From assembly GCA_029860345.1 (NCBI GenBank), contig JAOUBJ010000001.1, positions 195,089-259,088 on the forward strand: a stretch of DNA of 64,000 bases, in the 5' to 3' direction. The translations under genes and the position numbers were made by a program. This DNA is from Candidatus Zixiibacteriota bacterium (GTDB lineage Bacteria > Zixibacteria > MSB-5A5 > GN15 > FEB-12). Positions within the stretch are counted from its first letter, which is position 1. Each line of letters starts with the position of its first letter. The notes under the pieces were generated by a model. It made no database searches, was not told the DNA's origin, and worked only from the letters and a program-made list of their open reading frames with translations. Below are positions 30,946-39,382 of this stretch, in pieces.

Positions 30946-31058
30946 GAAACACACTCCGCCCCGCCGTCGGCGGGCCATCCCTCTCAAGAGGGGACCCTAT
31001 AAATGAGTCTTGGCCCTACATGCGCCACCAACCTCATGCTGAGCGGAGTCGAAGCATG
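30946..31058. repeat. Hairpin-module cluster, including the left 49-bp direct repeat (30946-30994) and a GAGCGGAGTCGA-loop hairpin (31035-31058)
   Basis: 30946-30994 matches 34865-34913 at 46/49. It contains hairpins cccgcc-gtc-ggcggg and ccctc-tcaa-gaggg. 31035-31058 is catgct/agcatg around the loop gagcggagtcga. Confidence 0.8.
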
Positions 31059-31411
31059 ACACAGCAGAACCGTGAGTAACCGCGAAATGGCTTTGTTTTG
31101 CGGAAAAAAGCTTTTCCCGGGTCCCCCCTCTGAGCAAATGGGTTCGTTTGGTGGGTTTTTGTTTCCCGGTAATAGAATCGATGGTGAATGCGCTGGCCTG
31201 AATAGACACTTATGCATCATTGTGGTCCTTTATAGAATGATGAGAACCCGTGATTTGGATTGGGTCGGTAGTGTTTATGTGCGAGGTGTGGAGTCAGCCC
31301 TGCAGGTGTCGGCACGGGTGCGAAATGTGATTGCCCACGGGAAGACCATGGAGTACCTTTCGTTGATTTGGAATTGCAACTGTGGTATGTGGGTCTTTGG
31401 AGGAGAAGTAG

Positions 31412-32866
31412 ATGGAGGAAATCTATCCCAAACAGCCGTTTGACGATGTCCATCGGTTCATTGGCGAACTCAAAGCTGATGAACACACGGTTGATGGTCT
31501 TCAGATCGTCGCCCAATACTCATTGGATAAGCCGGGTCCAATAAGGATAGTCATCGAGGGCGATTCAGAAGTTCGCAAGACGTTAAGAACCGTACTCGAC
31601 AAGAACCCACACTCGCTGTCAGTAAAGAGCACCGACAAAGACGAAGGTGGAAAGCGCATTCTCATGGATGATGTATGGCTAAAAGACTGGCACAGTTCGG
31701 AGTTTCCCGACTTTCTGGGCAGGTTTGGGACCAGATCACCTGACGATCGACTGTTCCGCCCGATTGTGGAACTTAGGGCAAGTAGCCTACTTGCCACCCC
31801 TGAAACATTCATGGGTGATTCGGAACGACCTCACATTGAGTACTTCTTCCCAGCGCAACACAATTTCTGGGCGTTGTACGTTTTGGAGGGTCAGCGGGAA
31901 TCACAGTCCGGGTTGGATCCAGAACGTGGTTGCGAGGTCTTGATTGGCAGAGACCTGCCATTTAGTGCAAAGCTATTGCCGTCTAGACTGGAGAGGTTCG
32001 ACCAGGCAAGCGGATACATGTGGACCTCCCGGAATCACTCGCTGAAGCTCAAGCTCGATGGCGAAGCTGGGGAGGTCTCTCTTAAGGAGTGTATGCCATA
32101 CGCAGACGCTGTTTCCCTCGCGGTCTCGGTGGCAACCCGCACTAGAACGGCATGGCTTCGTGCCCACATAGGATTGCGTAAGGAAGTCTCTCGGTTTATG
32201 GTTGCACGGCTAGAACTCGAGGAGCGGGGGGTCAGCTATGCCCCGTGGCTCATCGATGTTGGATCATCCTTGAGGATGTACCTTGACACTGCGGTCAATA
32301 GAATCCGGGAGTTCAGCAATCAAGGTATAGATCTCCGTGTTGCTCTAGAGTCCTGGCATCAGGCAAGACTTCAGACCAATACTACGAATCAGTTCCTATT
32401 GCTCTTTGTGTGTTTGGAGAAGCTAAAGGATCTTTATGCCAGGAAGGCTGGACTGCTACAAATCCAATCAGATGCAGAGTACATAAAGCTCGCATCCGCT
32501 ATAGACGGTGTGCTCGGAGATTGTATTGCGGAACCAAAGATAAGGCGGCAGGTCAGCTCTAAACTCCGAGAACTAAATCGACCAACTTTTCGCTCAGTGC
32601 TGCAGCGAATGCTTGATCACTATAAAGTTCCATGGCGCGATTTGTACCCACCAGATGCAAAACTGGGATTTATTCGGACACGTGATACGTTGTTGCACTC
32701 AACCGACCCTGTACCACCTGACAGACTCTACAACGATATGGAGCGGGTACAAGCTATTGTCGATAGGCTATTGCTCAGATTGCTCGGATGGGATGATCTG
32801 TCCGCTACGCCTTCTGAATACACGCTGGAGCGTCTATCGAAGGTTCACGACAATGAGGCTTCGTAG
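31412..32866 (+). CDS. Hypothetical protein with a C-terminal Rx4H (HEPN-like) motif
   Basis: 484 aa with a strong RBS (GGAGGAGAAGTAG ATG). GC is ~10 points lower than neighbouring genes on sampled lines. The C-terminal helical half contains FIRTRDTLLHS (R-x4-H). No other family recognised. Confidence 0.6.
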   Translation: MEEIYPKQPFDDVHRFIGELKADEHTVDGLQIVAQYSLDKPGPIRIVIEGDSEVRKTLRTVLDKNPHSLSVKSTDKDEGGKRILMDDVWLKDWHSSEFPDFLGRFGTRSPDDRLFRPIVELRASSLLATPETFMGDSERPHIEYFFPAQHNFWALYVLEGQRESQSGLDPERGCEVLIGRDLPFSAKLLPSRLERFDQASGYMWTSRNHSLKLKLDGEAGEVSLKECMPYADAVSLAVSVATRTRTAWLRAHIGLRKEVSRFMVARLELEERGVSYAPWLIDVGSSLRMYLDTAVNRIREFSNQGIDLRVALESWHQARLQTNTTNQFLLLFVCLEKLKDLYARKAGLLQIQSDAEYIKLASAIDGVLGDCIAEPKIRRQVSSKLRELNRPTFRSVLQRMLDHYKVPWRDLYPPDAKLGFIRTRDTLLHSTDPVPPDRLYNDMERVQAIVDRLLLRLLGWDDLSATPSEYTLERLSKVHDNEAS

Positions 32867-32874
32867 TTGAATAT

Positions 32875-32955
32875 GTCGAGACCCGCCCTTTGACTGCGCT
32901 CGGGGTGACGGAGTGTCGAAACCTCGCTTCGCGACCCCTTCGGGTCAGGGGTTTC
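32875..32955. repeat. Hairpin-module cluster
   Basis: gtcgaaacc...ggtttcgac is a 9-bp stem enclosing tcgc-ttc-gcga and gaccc-cttc-gggtc, followed by ctacaag. A degenerate reverse copy of the GAGCGGAGTCGA-type module sits at ~32881-32908. Confidence 0.7.
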
Positions 32956-33086
32956 GACCTACAAGACTGTTATCGGCGTCCTGAACAAACAGAGTTCGCA
33001 ATGTTTTGAGATTGATTCTCTGTTTTGTGACACTTATCCTTAAGAGTCTTTAAGGAATCAAAAAACGTTGTCATGGTATCTACGCG

Positions 33087-34787
33087 ATGAGTGAATTGGC
33101 TTATTTACGAGACTTGGTTATCATTCTCAGCTTTGGCGTGATTATCGTTACTCTATTTCATAGGTTGAGACTCCCCTCTATTGCAGGCTTCATTTTTTCC
33201 GGGTTACTTGTCGGACCCCATGGTTTTGGATTCATAAGTGATGCTCATCAAATTGAAGTTCTGGCCGAGATCGGAGTTGCCCTGCTCCTATTCGGCATTG
33301 GATTGGAACTATCCCTGGACAAACTCAGAAGGCTTTGGAGGTTGATTGTGGTCGGCGGCGCCCTGCAGGTTGGGTTAACCGTTTGCGCTGCCTATGCGAT
33401 TGCAAGGACGTTTGAGATTCCTGGTCAATCTGCTCTTTTCATCGGATTCGTGCTAGCCTTATCGAGTACCGCAATAGTCATGCGCGGCTTGCAACAAAGA
33501 GGCGAACTCGACGCTCCTCATGGTCGCCTGATCCTGGGGATACTGGTGTCTCAGGATTTCAGCGTAGTTCCCATGATGCTCGCTATCCCGATACTGGTCG
33601 GAGACGATATTCCGGCCTCTGTCTATTTGAACACAATGTTGCGCGCTGTCGGCATTATCATTGCCGTTCTGGCAGCCGCCCTCCTTATTGTTCCGCGGAT
33701 ACTACGCTTCGTTGCCAGGACCAGGCAGAGACAACTGTTCATACTCACCGTCTTTCTGATATGCATCGGCACGGCTTGGCTGATAACCTGGTCGGGGGCT
33801 TCGCTTGCTATCGGCGCGTTTCTGGCCGGACTGGTTGTTGCCGGGAGTGAGTACCGACATCAGGCTCTGGCCGACTTGATCGCGTTCCGTGAGGTGTTTG
33901 CAAGCGTGTTTTTTGTATCGATTGGGATGTTACTGGCTCCGTCGCTAATAGTCGAGAACATTGTTTTGGTTCTTGCTCTCCTAATGGCGATTCTGATCGG
34001 GAAAGCGGTGATTACGTTTGTCGCTGCCAGGTTACTCCGGATGCCACTTAGAGTTTGCTTGATGACAGCCGTTGCCCTGGCCCAGGTGGGCGAGTTTTCG
34101 TTCGTCTTACTGTTCTCGGTTCAGGGCAGCGACCTGATTGATAAGAATCTGGAAAGTTCCTTAGTATCGGCAGCCATTCTCTCCATGTTCGTTACTCCCT
34201 TTGCCATGTCATTTGGCCCTCGCCTTGCGGCCGGGCTCGGCAAGCTTCCTCGCCTGAGACGACTGCTCGATGTGGACGTAGCCGAAAACGCGACTGCTTC
34301 AGTTGGTGGAATGCGAGATCACGTGATTGTTGGCGGCTACGGTTTTGCAGGAAGGGAGTTGACCAAAGCTCTAAGAGACCATGAAGTACCTTTAGTTGTG
34401 GTGGATATAAACATCGACAATGTGAAGAAAGCGTCACAAGAGGGCGCTATCGCTTTTTTCGGCGATATTACCAGTCAGAGTGTCCTCGCCAAGCTGGGGG
34501 CTGAGTGTGCGGGGGAGTTGGTACTTCTGGTTAATGACCCCAAAGCGGCTGAGCAGGCTGTACGAGTGGCCAGACGACTTGCTCCCAACCTGCATATAGT
34601 GGTGCGAACGCATTACTTGCTCGACATTGAGCCGATTATTTCCGCCGGCGCTAACCAGGTGGTGCCCTCCGAACGTGAAGCTGCTGTTGAGGTCACATCA
34701 TTGGTGCTCAATCGGCATCAGATAGACAATCGGCGGATTGCCGACCTTAGCAACCGAATCCGTAGTCAATCTGAAGATGATGTTTGA
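33087..34787 (+). CDS. CPA2-family cation:proton antiporter with C-terminal RCK/TrkA-N domain (KefB/C-like)
   Basis: 566 aa. ~12 TM helices followed by a Rossmann motif (VIVGGYGFAGRELTKAL). Lower GC than the surrounding regions. Confidence 0.8.
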   Translation: MSELAYLRDLVIILSFGVIIVTLFHRLRLPSIAGFIFSGLLVGPHGFGFISDAHQIEVLAEIGVALLLFGIGLELSLDKLRRLWRLIVVGGALQVGLTVCAAYAIARTFEIPGQSALFIGFVLALSSTAIVMRGLQQRGELDAPHGRLILGILVSQDFSVVPMMLAIPILVGDDIPASVYLNTMLRAVGIIIAVLAAALLIVPRILRFVARTRQRQLFILTVFLICIGTAWLITWSGASLAIGAFLAGLVVAGSEYRHQALADLIAFREVFASVFFVSIGMLLAPSLIVENIVLVLALLMAILIGKAVITFVAARLLRMPLRVCLMTAVALAQVGEFSFVLLFSVQGSDLIDKNLESSLVSAAILSMFVTPFAMSFGPRLAAGLGKLPRLRRLLDVDVAENATASVGGMRDHVIVGGYGFAGRELTKALRDHEVPLVVVDINIDNVKKASQEGAIAFFGDITSQSVLAKLGAECAGELVLLVNDPKAAEQAVRVARRLAPNLHIVVRTHYLLDIEPIISAGANQVVPSEREAAVEVTSLVLNRHQIDNRRIADLSNRIRSQSEDDV

Positions 34788-34864
34788 TTCGGGCCGGACT
34801 GCACAATCTCCCTAAATCTCACCGCACCTGATTCGTGCAATGGTTGACGCGCGGCGCGGACAAA

Positions 34865-34913
34865 GAAACACACCCCGCCCCGCCGTCGGCGGCCCACCCC
34901 TCTCAAGAGGGGA
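34865..34913. repeat. Right copy of the 49-bp direct repeat
   Basis: gaaacacaccccgccccgccgtcggcggcccacccctctcaagagggga differs from 30946-30994 at 3 of 49 positions. Confidence 0.8.
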
Positions 34914-35077
34914 AGAAAAGAAATCTGCGGTACCGGCATTCCATTTCTACTGCAGGACCCTTCTCGATGCGAATACGAACACTCTTGCCGCAAAAGGTGG
35001 GGATTTCGTAGTAGTTGACAATCCTGGACTATGACTTGAGGATGATCCTGTCGGCCTTTCATTAATAGAGGGGAAGT

Positions 35078-35208
35078 CTTGTAGGGCGGGTCCGTCTTCG
35101 CCTGCGCGCCGCGGCGTGAACCCGCCATCCGTGAAAGGAGAACAAGGCTCCTAATCTCCAGAAGATGACGCTTGTACAAAGATGGATTCCCGCCTTCGCC
35201 GGAATGAC
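35078..35208. repeat. Hairpin-module cluster (GTAGGG-type module with an internal insertion; ATTCCC...GGAAT-type module)
   Basis: 35080-35126 is gtagggcgggtccgtcttcg[cctgcgcgccgcggcgtg]aacccgcc, compared with the uninterrupted copy at 38672-38699. 35184-35208 is ggattcccgccttcgccggaatgac. Confidence 0.7.
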
Positions 35209-35221
35209 AGATAACGCGCCT

Positions 35222-36511
35222 TTAACCGACAATCCCTGCAAAACCCGCCGGGTCGGTGTCACCTTCGGTGTTGATGACGAGAACGCGGGATGTGGAATCA
35301 ATGTGCAAAAACTCACGGGCAGGTGTAAACGCAGGATCGTTAACGAGTGTCGTGAGAGCTGCCAAACCGGCCGCGCCTGACTCGCCGGAGATTATCCGTG
35401 GGTCATCGTCTGTCGGATAAAAACAGCTCCGCATTGCCTCACGACCGGAGTCGTCACTGATGGACACGAACAGATCATAGCCCTGTTTCACGAAGGGCCA
35501 GGCAATCGGCGATGGTGTGCCGCAATTCAACCCGGCCATAATCGATGATGGGTCGCCTGCAATCGTTATTGGTTCACCATCGGTGGTTTGTATCGACTGC
35601 ATGCAACAGTCGGCAGTCAGTGGTTCGACCGAAACAAGTTTCGGATGCGGTTCGGGATAGATGCGGTTGTAATACCACGCAGCAGCAGCCGCCAGCGCCC
35701 CGACACCGGCTTGCACGATCACCACGTCGACCTGGTTGGCGGCATCTTTATGGATCTCTTCGAACATGGTCAGGTATCCCGCTTGTATCCACCGAGGTAT
35801 CTGCTCATAACCGGGCCAGCCGGTGTCGGAGAGTATCTGCCAGTCACGCGCAAGCGCGTCTTCTCTGCAACGAGCCACAGCAGCATCATAAGATCCATCC
35901 ACAACGATAACTTCAGCACCCTCGTTGCGGATGTTTTCGATTCGCGCCGGGACCGTTTCTTTTGGCATGTAGATCACTGCCTTTTGGGCAAGTTGGCGCG
36001 CCACCCAGGCGACACCGCGGCCATGGTTGCCGTCCGTTGCCGTAGTGAACGTGAAACTCCCGGACGGCAACGGTGAATCTCTGTAGAACCGCTCGGACGG
36101 CGGGCAACTTTGAGAGTTTTCGTTGAGCAACTGTTTGATGACCTGATAGATTGCATAGGTGGAGCCGAGCGCTTTGAAAGCGTTCAACCCGAATCGATGC
36201 GATTCGTCCTTGACCAACAACTCCCCAATGCCGAGTCGCTCAGCCAACACCGGCAGCGACACCAACGGCGTCGGCGCGTACTCTTTGAGTGATCGATGCA
36301 CCGATGACGCTTCGCAGCTTTTGAACTCGGAATTGATCGCATCATCCCAGATGGGAGCAACCTGTCGGTGCCTGTTGATTTCAAAGCATGGTTCCATGGC
36401 GAACAAGCTACAACTATCGCCACTTGCGGTCAATGATTTCGAGTCGACAAAAAAAGCGGGACCTCCGGTTGAAACCGGAAGCCCCGCCCCGCGGACGGCG
36501 GAGAGGGTCAT
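35222..36511 (-). CDS. dpaL: Diaminopropionate ammonia-lyase (PLP-dependent, fold type II)
   Basis: 429 aa. YAPTPL...LLVKDESHRFGLNAFKALGSTYAI matches the DAP ammonia-lyase PLP-lysine region as I recall it from E. coli YgeX. The start ATG 36511 overlaps the upstream stop (ATGA). An alternative internal start is ATG 36397. Confidence 0.75.
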   Translation of the reverse strand: MTLSAVRGAGLPVSTGGPAFFVDSKSLTASGDSCSLFAMEPCFEINRHRQVAPIWDDAINSEFKSCEASSVHRSLKEYAPTPLVSLPVLAERLGIGELLVKDESHRFGLNAFKALGSTYAIYQVIKQLLNENSQSCPPSERFYRDSPLPSGSFTFTTATDGNHGRGVAWVARQLAQKAVIYMPKETVPARIENIRNEGAEVIVVDGSYDAAVARCREDALARDWQILSDTGWPGYEQIPRWIQAGYLTMFEEIHKDAANQVDVVIVQAGVGALAAAAAWYYNRIYPEPHPKLVSVEPLTADCCMQSIQTTDGEPITIAGDPSSIMAGLNCGTPSPIAWPFVKQGYDLFVSISDDSGREAMRSCFYPTDDDPRIISGESGAAGLAALTTLVNDPAFTPAREFLHIDSTSRVLVINTEGDTDPAGFAGIVG

Positions 36512-38532
36512 AGACAGATGGGCGGGGGAGGACCGCCTGCGAACATGTAATCCACCAGGTAGACAAGGTCAGCGATATCGGGCCCCGCACCGTTTGCGTC
36601 GATGTCGCTGGCTTGCCAACATGGTGGCACGCCGCCACCTGAGAACATGTAGTCGACCAGAAAAACCAGATCTGCGATATCCGGTCCCAGACCGTCAAAG
36701 TCAAGATCGGCCCGCACCTCACAGCAGAAGAGCGGGTTGATCCATTCGAAGTAGGCCATCATCTGGGGAAAAACCACATCACGTTCCGTCCACTGGGCAT
36801 CGCCGTTGATGATCGCTTCGAAACCGAACGACAAAAACAGCAGGCGGTAGTCGCCACTGTATGAGACCGCTCCCGAGTTCGGTTTGCCCCAGTATTGCAG
36901 TTCGGCCACACCGCCGTTGATTGGATCGATGTGATCCAGAACGCTCTGATTGTCGGCGCCGCCACTGCCGTCAATCTTAAGCGCGACCGAGGCATCAAAT
37001 ACCTGGGCGCCCGGCTGGGCTGCCAGGTAGGGATAGTAACTTGTCTTGACATACTCGCAACGCAGATAGTTGTGCAAGAAGTCTGCATCGGTCGTGTCCA
37101 GCTGGCCGGCAATACCCTGGCCGCTCAAAAGCAGATTACCACCGGCGTCCAGATACGCCTTGATGGTGATAATCTCGTCCGGTGTTAAGAGATTGCTGCG
37201 GTGGTCTCCGGTAAACCATATTACCATATCGTACTCGCCCAGATGGGCCGCTTGGGGCGTGCCCCAGGATGCGTTCCAAACGTCGTAGGTGGAATCGGTG
37301 TACAGCAGCGCCAGGCGGTAGTACAGGTCGACATCGTTGCCGGCCAGATCATCGTCGACCAACAGCACCGACGCTTCGCCGGTCGATTTGTCAAAGCTCA
37401 AAGTCTGCACCTTGGTGCCGTAGTTGCTCGTCCAGGTGATGGTCAGGCTGAAGGTGGCAACCTGCCTGCCGCAGCCGTTGGGGATATCAAACTCGAACGG
37501 CGTGGCCGCATTGTCTACCGATCCCCCGACCGCCATGTCGCTGAAAGATGCACTGCCCACCGTGACATTTAAGGGCGGCCCGGATACCGACAGTTCTGCG
37601 GATATATCGGAGAGCGCTTCTTCGTGCAGGTTGTCCAGAGTAACGGCAAACTGGATCGTTTCGCCGTCTTCCAGAATACCATCGCCGTCGCCGCCTGAAC
37701 TATCATTGAACGCCAGTCCCCCAATCTGCGGACCTTTCCACATGTCGACAAGATACACCGTGTCGCCCTCGAATTCTGAAATTGCCAACTGATAATCGCG
37801 GTTGTTGAAGCATAGACCGGCCGGTTGGTTATGACCGGACGAAATCAACTCCGGCGGCGCCACAAAATCGTTGTCGTAGCGATAGATTGAACCGTTGGTG
37901 TGAGTGGCCACGTAGACATTGCCACGTGCATCAATGTTGACCCCATCATATCGACCTGGTGAGGTAGTAGTAAGACTCACCACCGTCGAATCATCCATGT
38001 TGACCGCCACAATCTGGGAATTCTGAATGTAGCTGACCACGATAATGCGATTGTTTCGAATATCGAACGTACAATCCTGAATAGCCTGGCCCAAGCCGGA
38101 GGCGAATGTCCAATGTTCACCATCGCTGAGGCGCAGTTTTATGATACGCCCGCCCGTGTCAACGATGTACAAGAAGCCCGAAGTATCGGCTGTGAGGCCA
38201 TCGATACCACCCCAGGCAACGATGCTCTGCTGGAATACCGTAGCCCCGGTGGCGGCGTCCAACCCAACCAGTATTCCGGGCGTTGAGACATACAGCACGC
38301 TATCCACTAAGTGGTTGCCAAGCGTCTGGGTGAGTCCATCCCTGAACGGTGACTGAATGCCCGCGGTGTCGATAGCCACGATAGCCCCATCATACAGGCT
38401 CGATACTAAATAGCGATTATTAATGCTGTCAAACGATATGCTCTCTACCCCGTTTAGCAGATTCTGCCCGTTCACTGACCCCACCACTAACAGGATCAAT
38501 GCCACTATTACTGTGCCTCTTCGTCGATACAT
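36508..38532 (-). CDS. Secreted multidomain protein: N-terminal six-bladed-propeller-like region and two C-terminal dockerin-like repeats
   Basis: The track ORF starts at 38748, but residues 1-72 are translated hairpin repeats. ATG 38532 has a GGAGAGG RBS and a signal peptide (MYRRRGTVIVALILLVVGSVNG). C-terminus: DLDFDGLGPDIADLVFLVDYMFSGG and DIDANGAGPDIADLVYLVDYMFAGG. Confidence 0.7.
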   Translation of the reverse strand: MYRRRGTVIVALILLVVGSVNGQNLLNGVESISFDSINNRYLVSSLYDGAIVAIDTAGIQSPFRDGLTQTLGNHLVDSVLYVSTPGILVGLDAATGATVFQQSIVAWGGIDGLTADTSGFLYIVDTGGRIIKLRLSDGEHWTFASGLGQAIQDCTFDIRNNRIIVVSYIQNSQIVAVNMDDSTVVSLTTTSPGRYDGVNIDARGNVYVATHTNGSIYRYDNDFVAPPELISSGHNQPAGLCFNNRDYQLAISEFEGDTVYLVDMWKGPQIGGLAFNDSSGGDGDGILEDGETIQFAVTLDNLHEEALSDISAELSVSGPPLNVTVGSASFSDMAVGGSVDNAATPFEFDIPNGCGRQVATFSLTITWTSNYGTKVQTLSFDKSTGEASVLLVDDDLAGNDVDLYYRLALLYTDSTYDVWNASWGTPQAAHLGEYDMVIWFTGDHRSNLLTPDEIITIKAYLDAGGNLLLSGQGIAGQLDTTDADFLHNYLRCEYVKTSYYPYLAAQPGAQVFDASVALKIDGSGGADNQSVLDHIDPINGGVAELQYWGKPNSGAVSYSGDYRLLFLSFGFEAIINGDAQWTERDVVFPQMMAYFEWINPLFCCEVRADLDFDGLGPDIADLVFLVDYMFSGGGVPPCWQASDIDANGAGPDIADLVYLVDYMFAGGPPPPICL

Positions 38533-38620
38533 GGTTTTCCTCTCCGTCGAATCGTTTTCTATGTCAATTTCTGTCGCGCCTTTCGTATCAGGGGTGCCGC
38601 CAGCGGTCATCTCTTGCACA

Positions 38621-38736
38621 GGCAGACCTTTTTTTTGCGCTTCGCCATATCCTAACCTCGATCTTAGCAAAGTAGGGTGGGTCCGTCTTCGGACCCGCCT
38701 TTGTTGGCAGGCTTGAAGACAGACCTGCCCTACAAG
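38621..38736. repeat. Hairpin-module cluster in a divergent promoter region
   Basis: ggcagaccttttttttgcgcttcgcc (38621-38646). gtagggtgggtccgtcttcggacccgcc (38672-38699; 9-bp stem, tctt loop). ggcaggcttgaagacagacctgccctacaag (38706-38736). Confidence 0.7.
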
Positions 38737-38839
38737 AGAAGGTTCCACCCAAGCAACCAGCCGGACTATCCCATCCAGTAGTTGCGTCTGTCACTTGTTC
38801 GGCTTATGTTTGTCTGATTATGAGGTACGAAGCAGACCG

Positions 38840-39382
38840 ATGAATCTCAATGACCTCTATAGTGCAGCCCGCAACGGCGACCGGCGCGCCGAGGAAAAGC
38901 TATTTGATGTTCTGACTGCAAGATTCAGGCTGTTTTCGCGCCAGAGAATATGGGACAGCGACGTTTCCGAAGAAGTCGTCCAGGAGAGCCTGTTGACGAT
39001 TTATAAGGAGTACAAGACGATTACCTTTACCTCAAGCTTCGCCGCCTGGGCATACAAAGTACTGAACAATCGGATCCTCGCCCAGATCAAGAAAGGCCAA
39101 AGGCAAGCAAGTCGTTTGCAGCCGTTGCCCGAGGGTGATACAACTGTCGCCCCCGCCTCTGAAGACTTTGACCCGGCCTTGAAACGACGGCTTCTGGATT
39201 GTCTGAAGAAGATTCGTTCCACCAACTTGCGCTACGCCCGGATTCTCAATTTACAGTACCAGGGATTCGATACTGAAGATGTATGCAGGCGATTGGCCGT
39301 GACTCGCAGCAACTTGTATTCGCTGCTATCACGGGCGCGTACGGTTTTGGAGCTATGTCTTGAGGAAGGGGGCGTGCTGTGA
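38840..39382 (+). CDS. ECF-type RNA polymerase sigma factor (sigma-70 family, group 4)
   Basis: Start moved to ATG 38840 (MNLNDLYSAARNGDRRAEEKLF). Region 2 (VVQESLLTIYKEY) and region 4 (ARILNLQYQGFDTEDVCRRLAVTRSNLYSLLSRAR) are recognisable. Confidence 0.85.
   Translation: MNLNDLYSAARNGDRRAEEKLFDVLTARFRLFSRQRIWDSDVSEEVVQESLLTIYKEYKTITFTSSFAAWAYKVLNNRILAQIKKGQRQASRLQPLPEGDTTVAPASEDFDPALKRRLLDCLKKIRSTNLRYARILNLQYQGFDTEDVCRRLAVTRSNLYSLLSRARTVLELCLEEGGVL

Noticed and set aside
38533-38748. N-terminal 72-codon extension of the 746-aa track ORF
   Set aside because: The extension is a translation of the hairpin-repeat cluster (38621-38736). ATG 38532 has a GGAGAGG RBS and starts a proper signal peptide.
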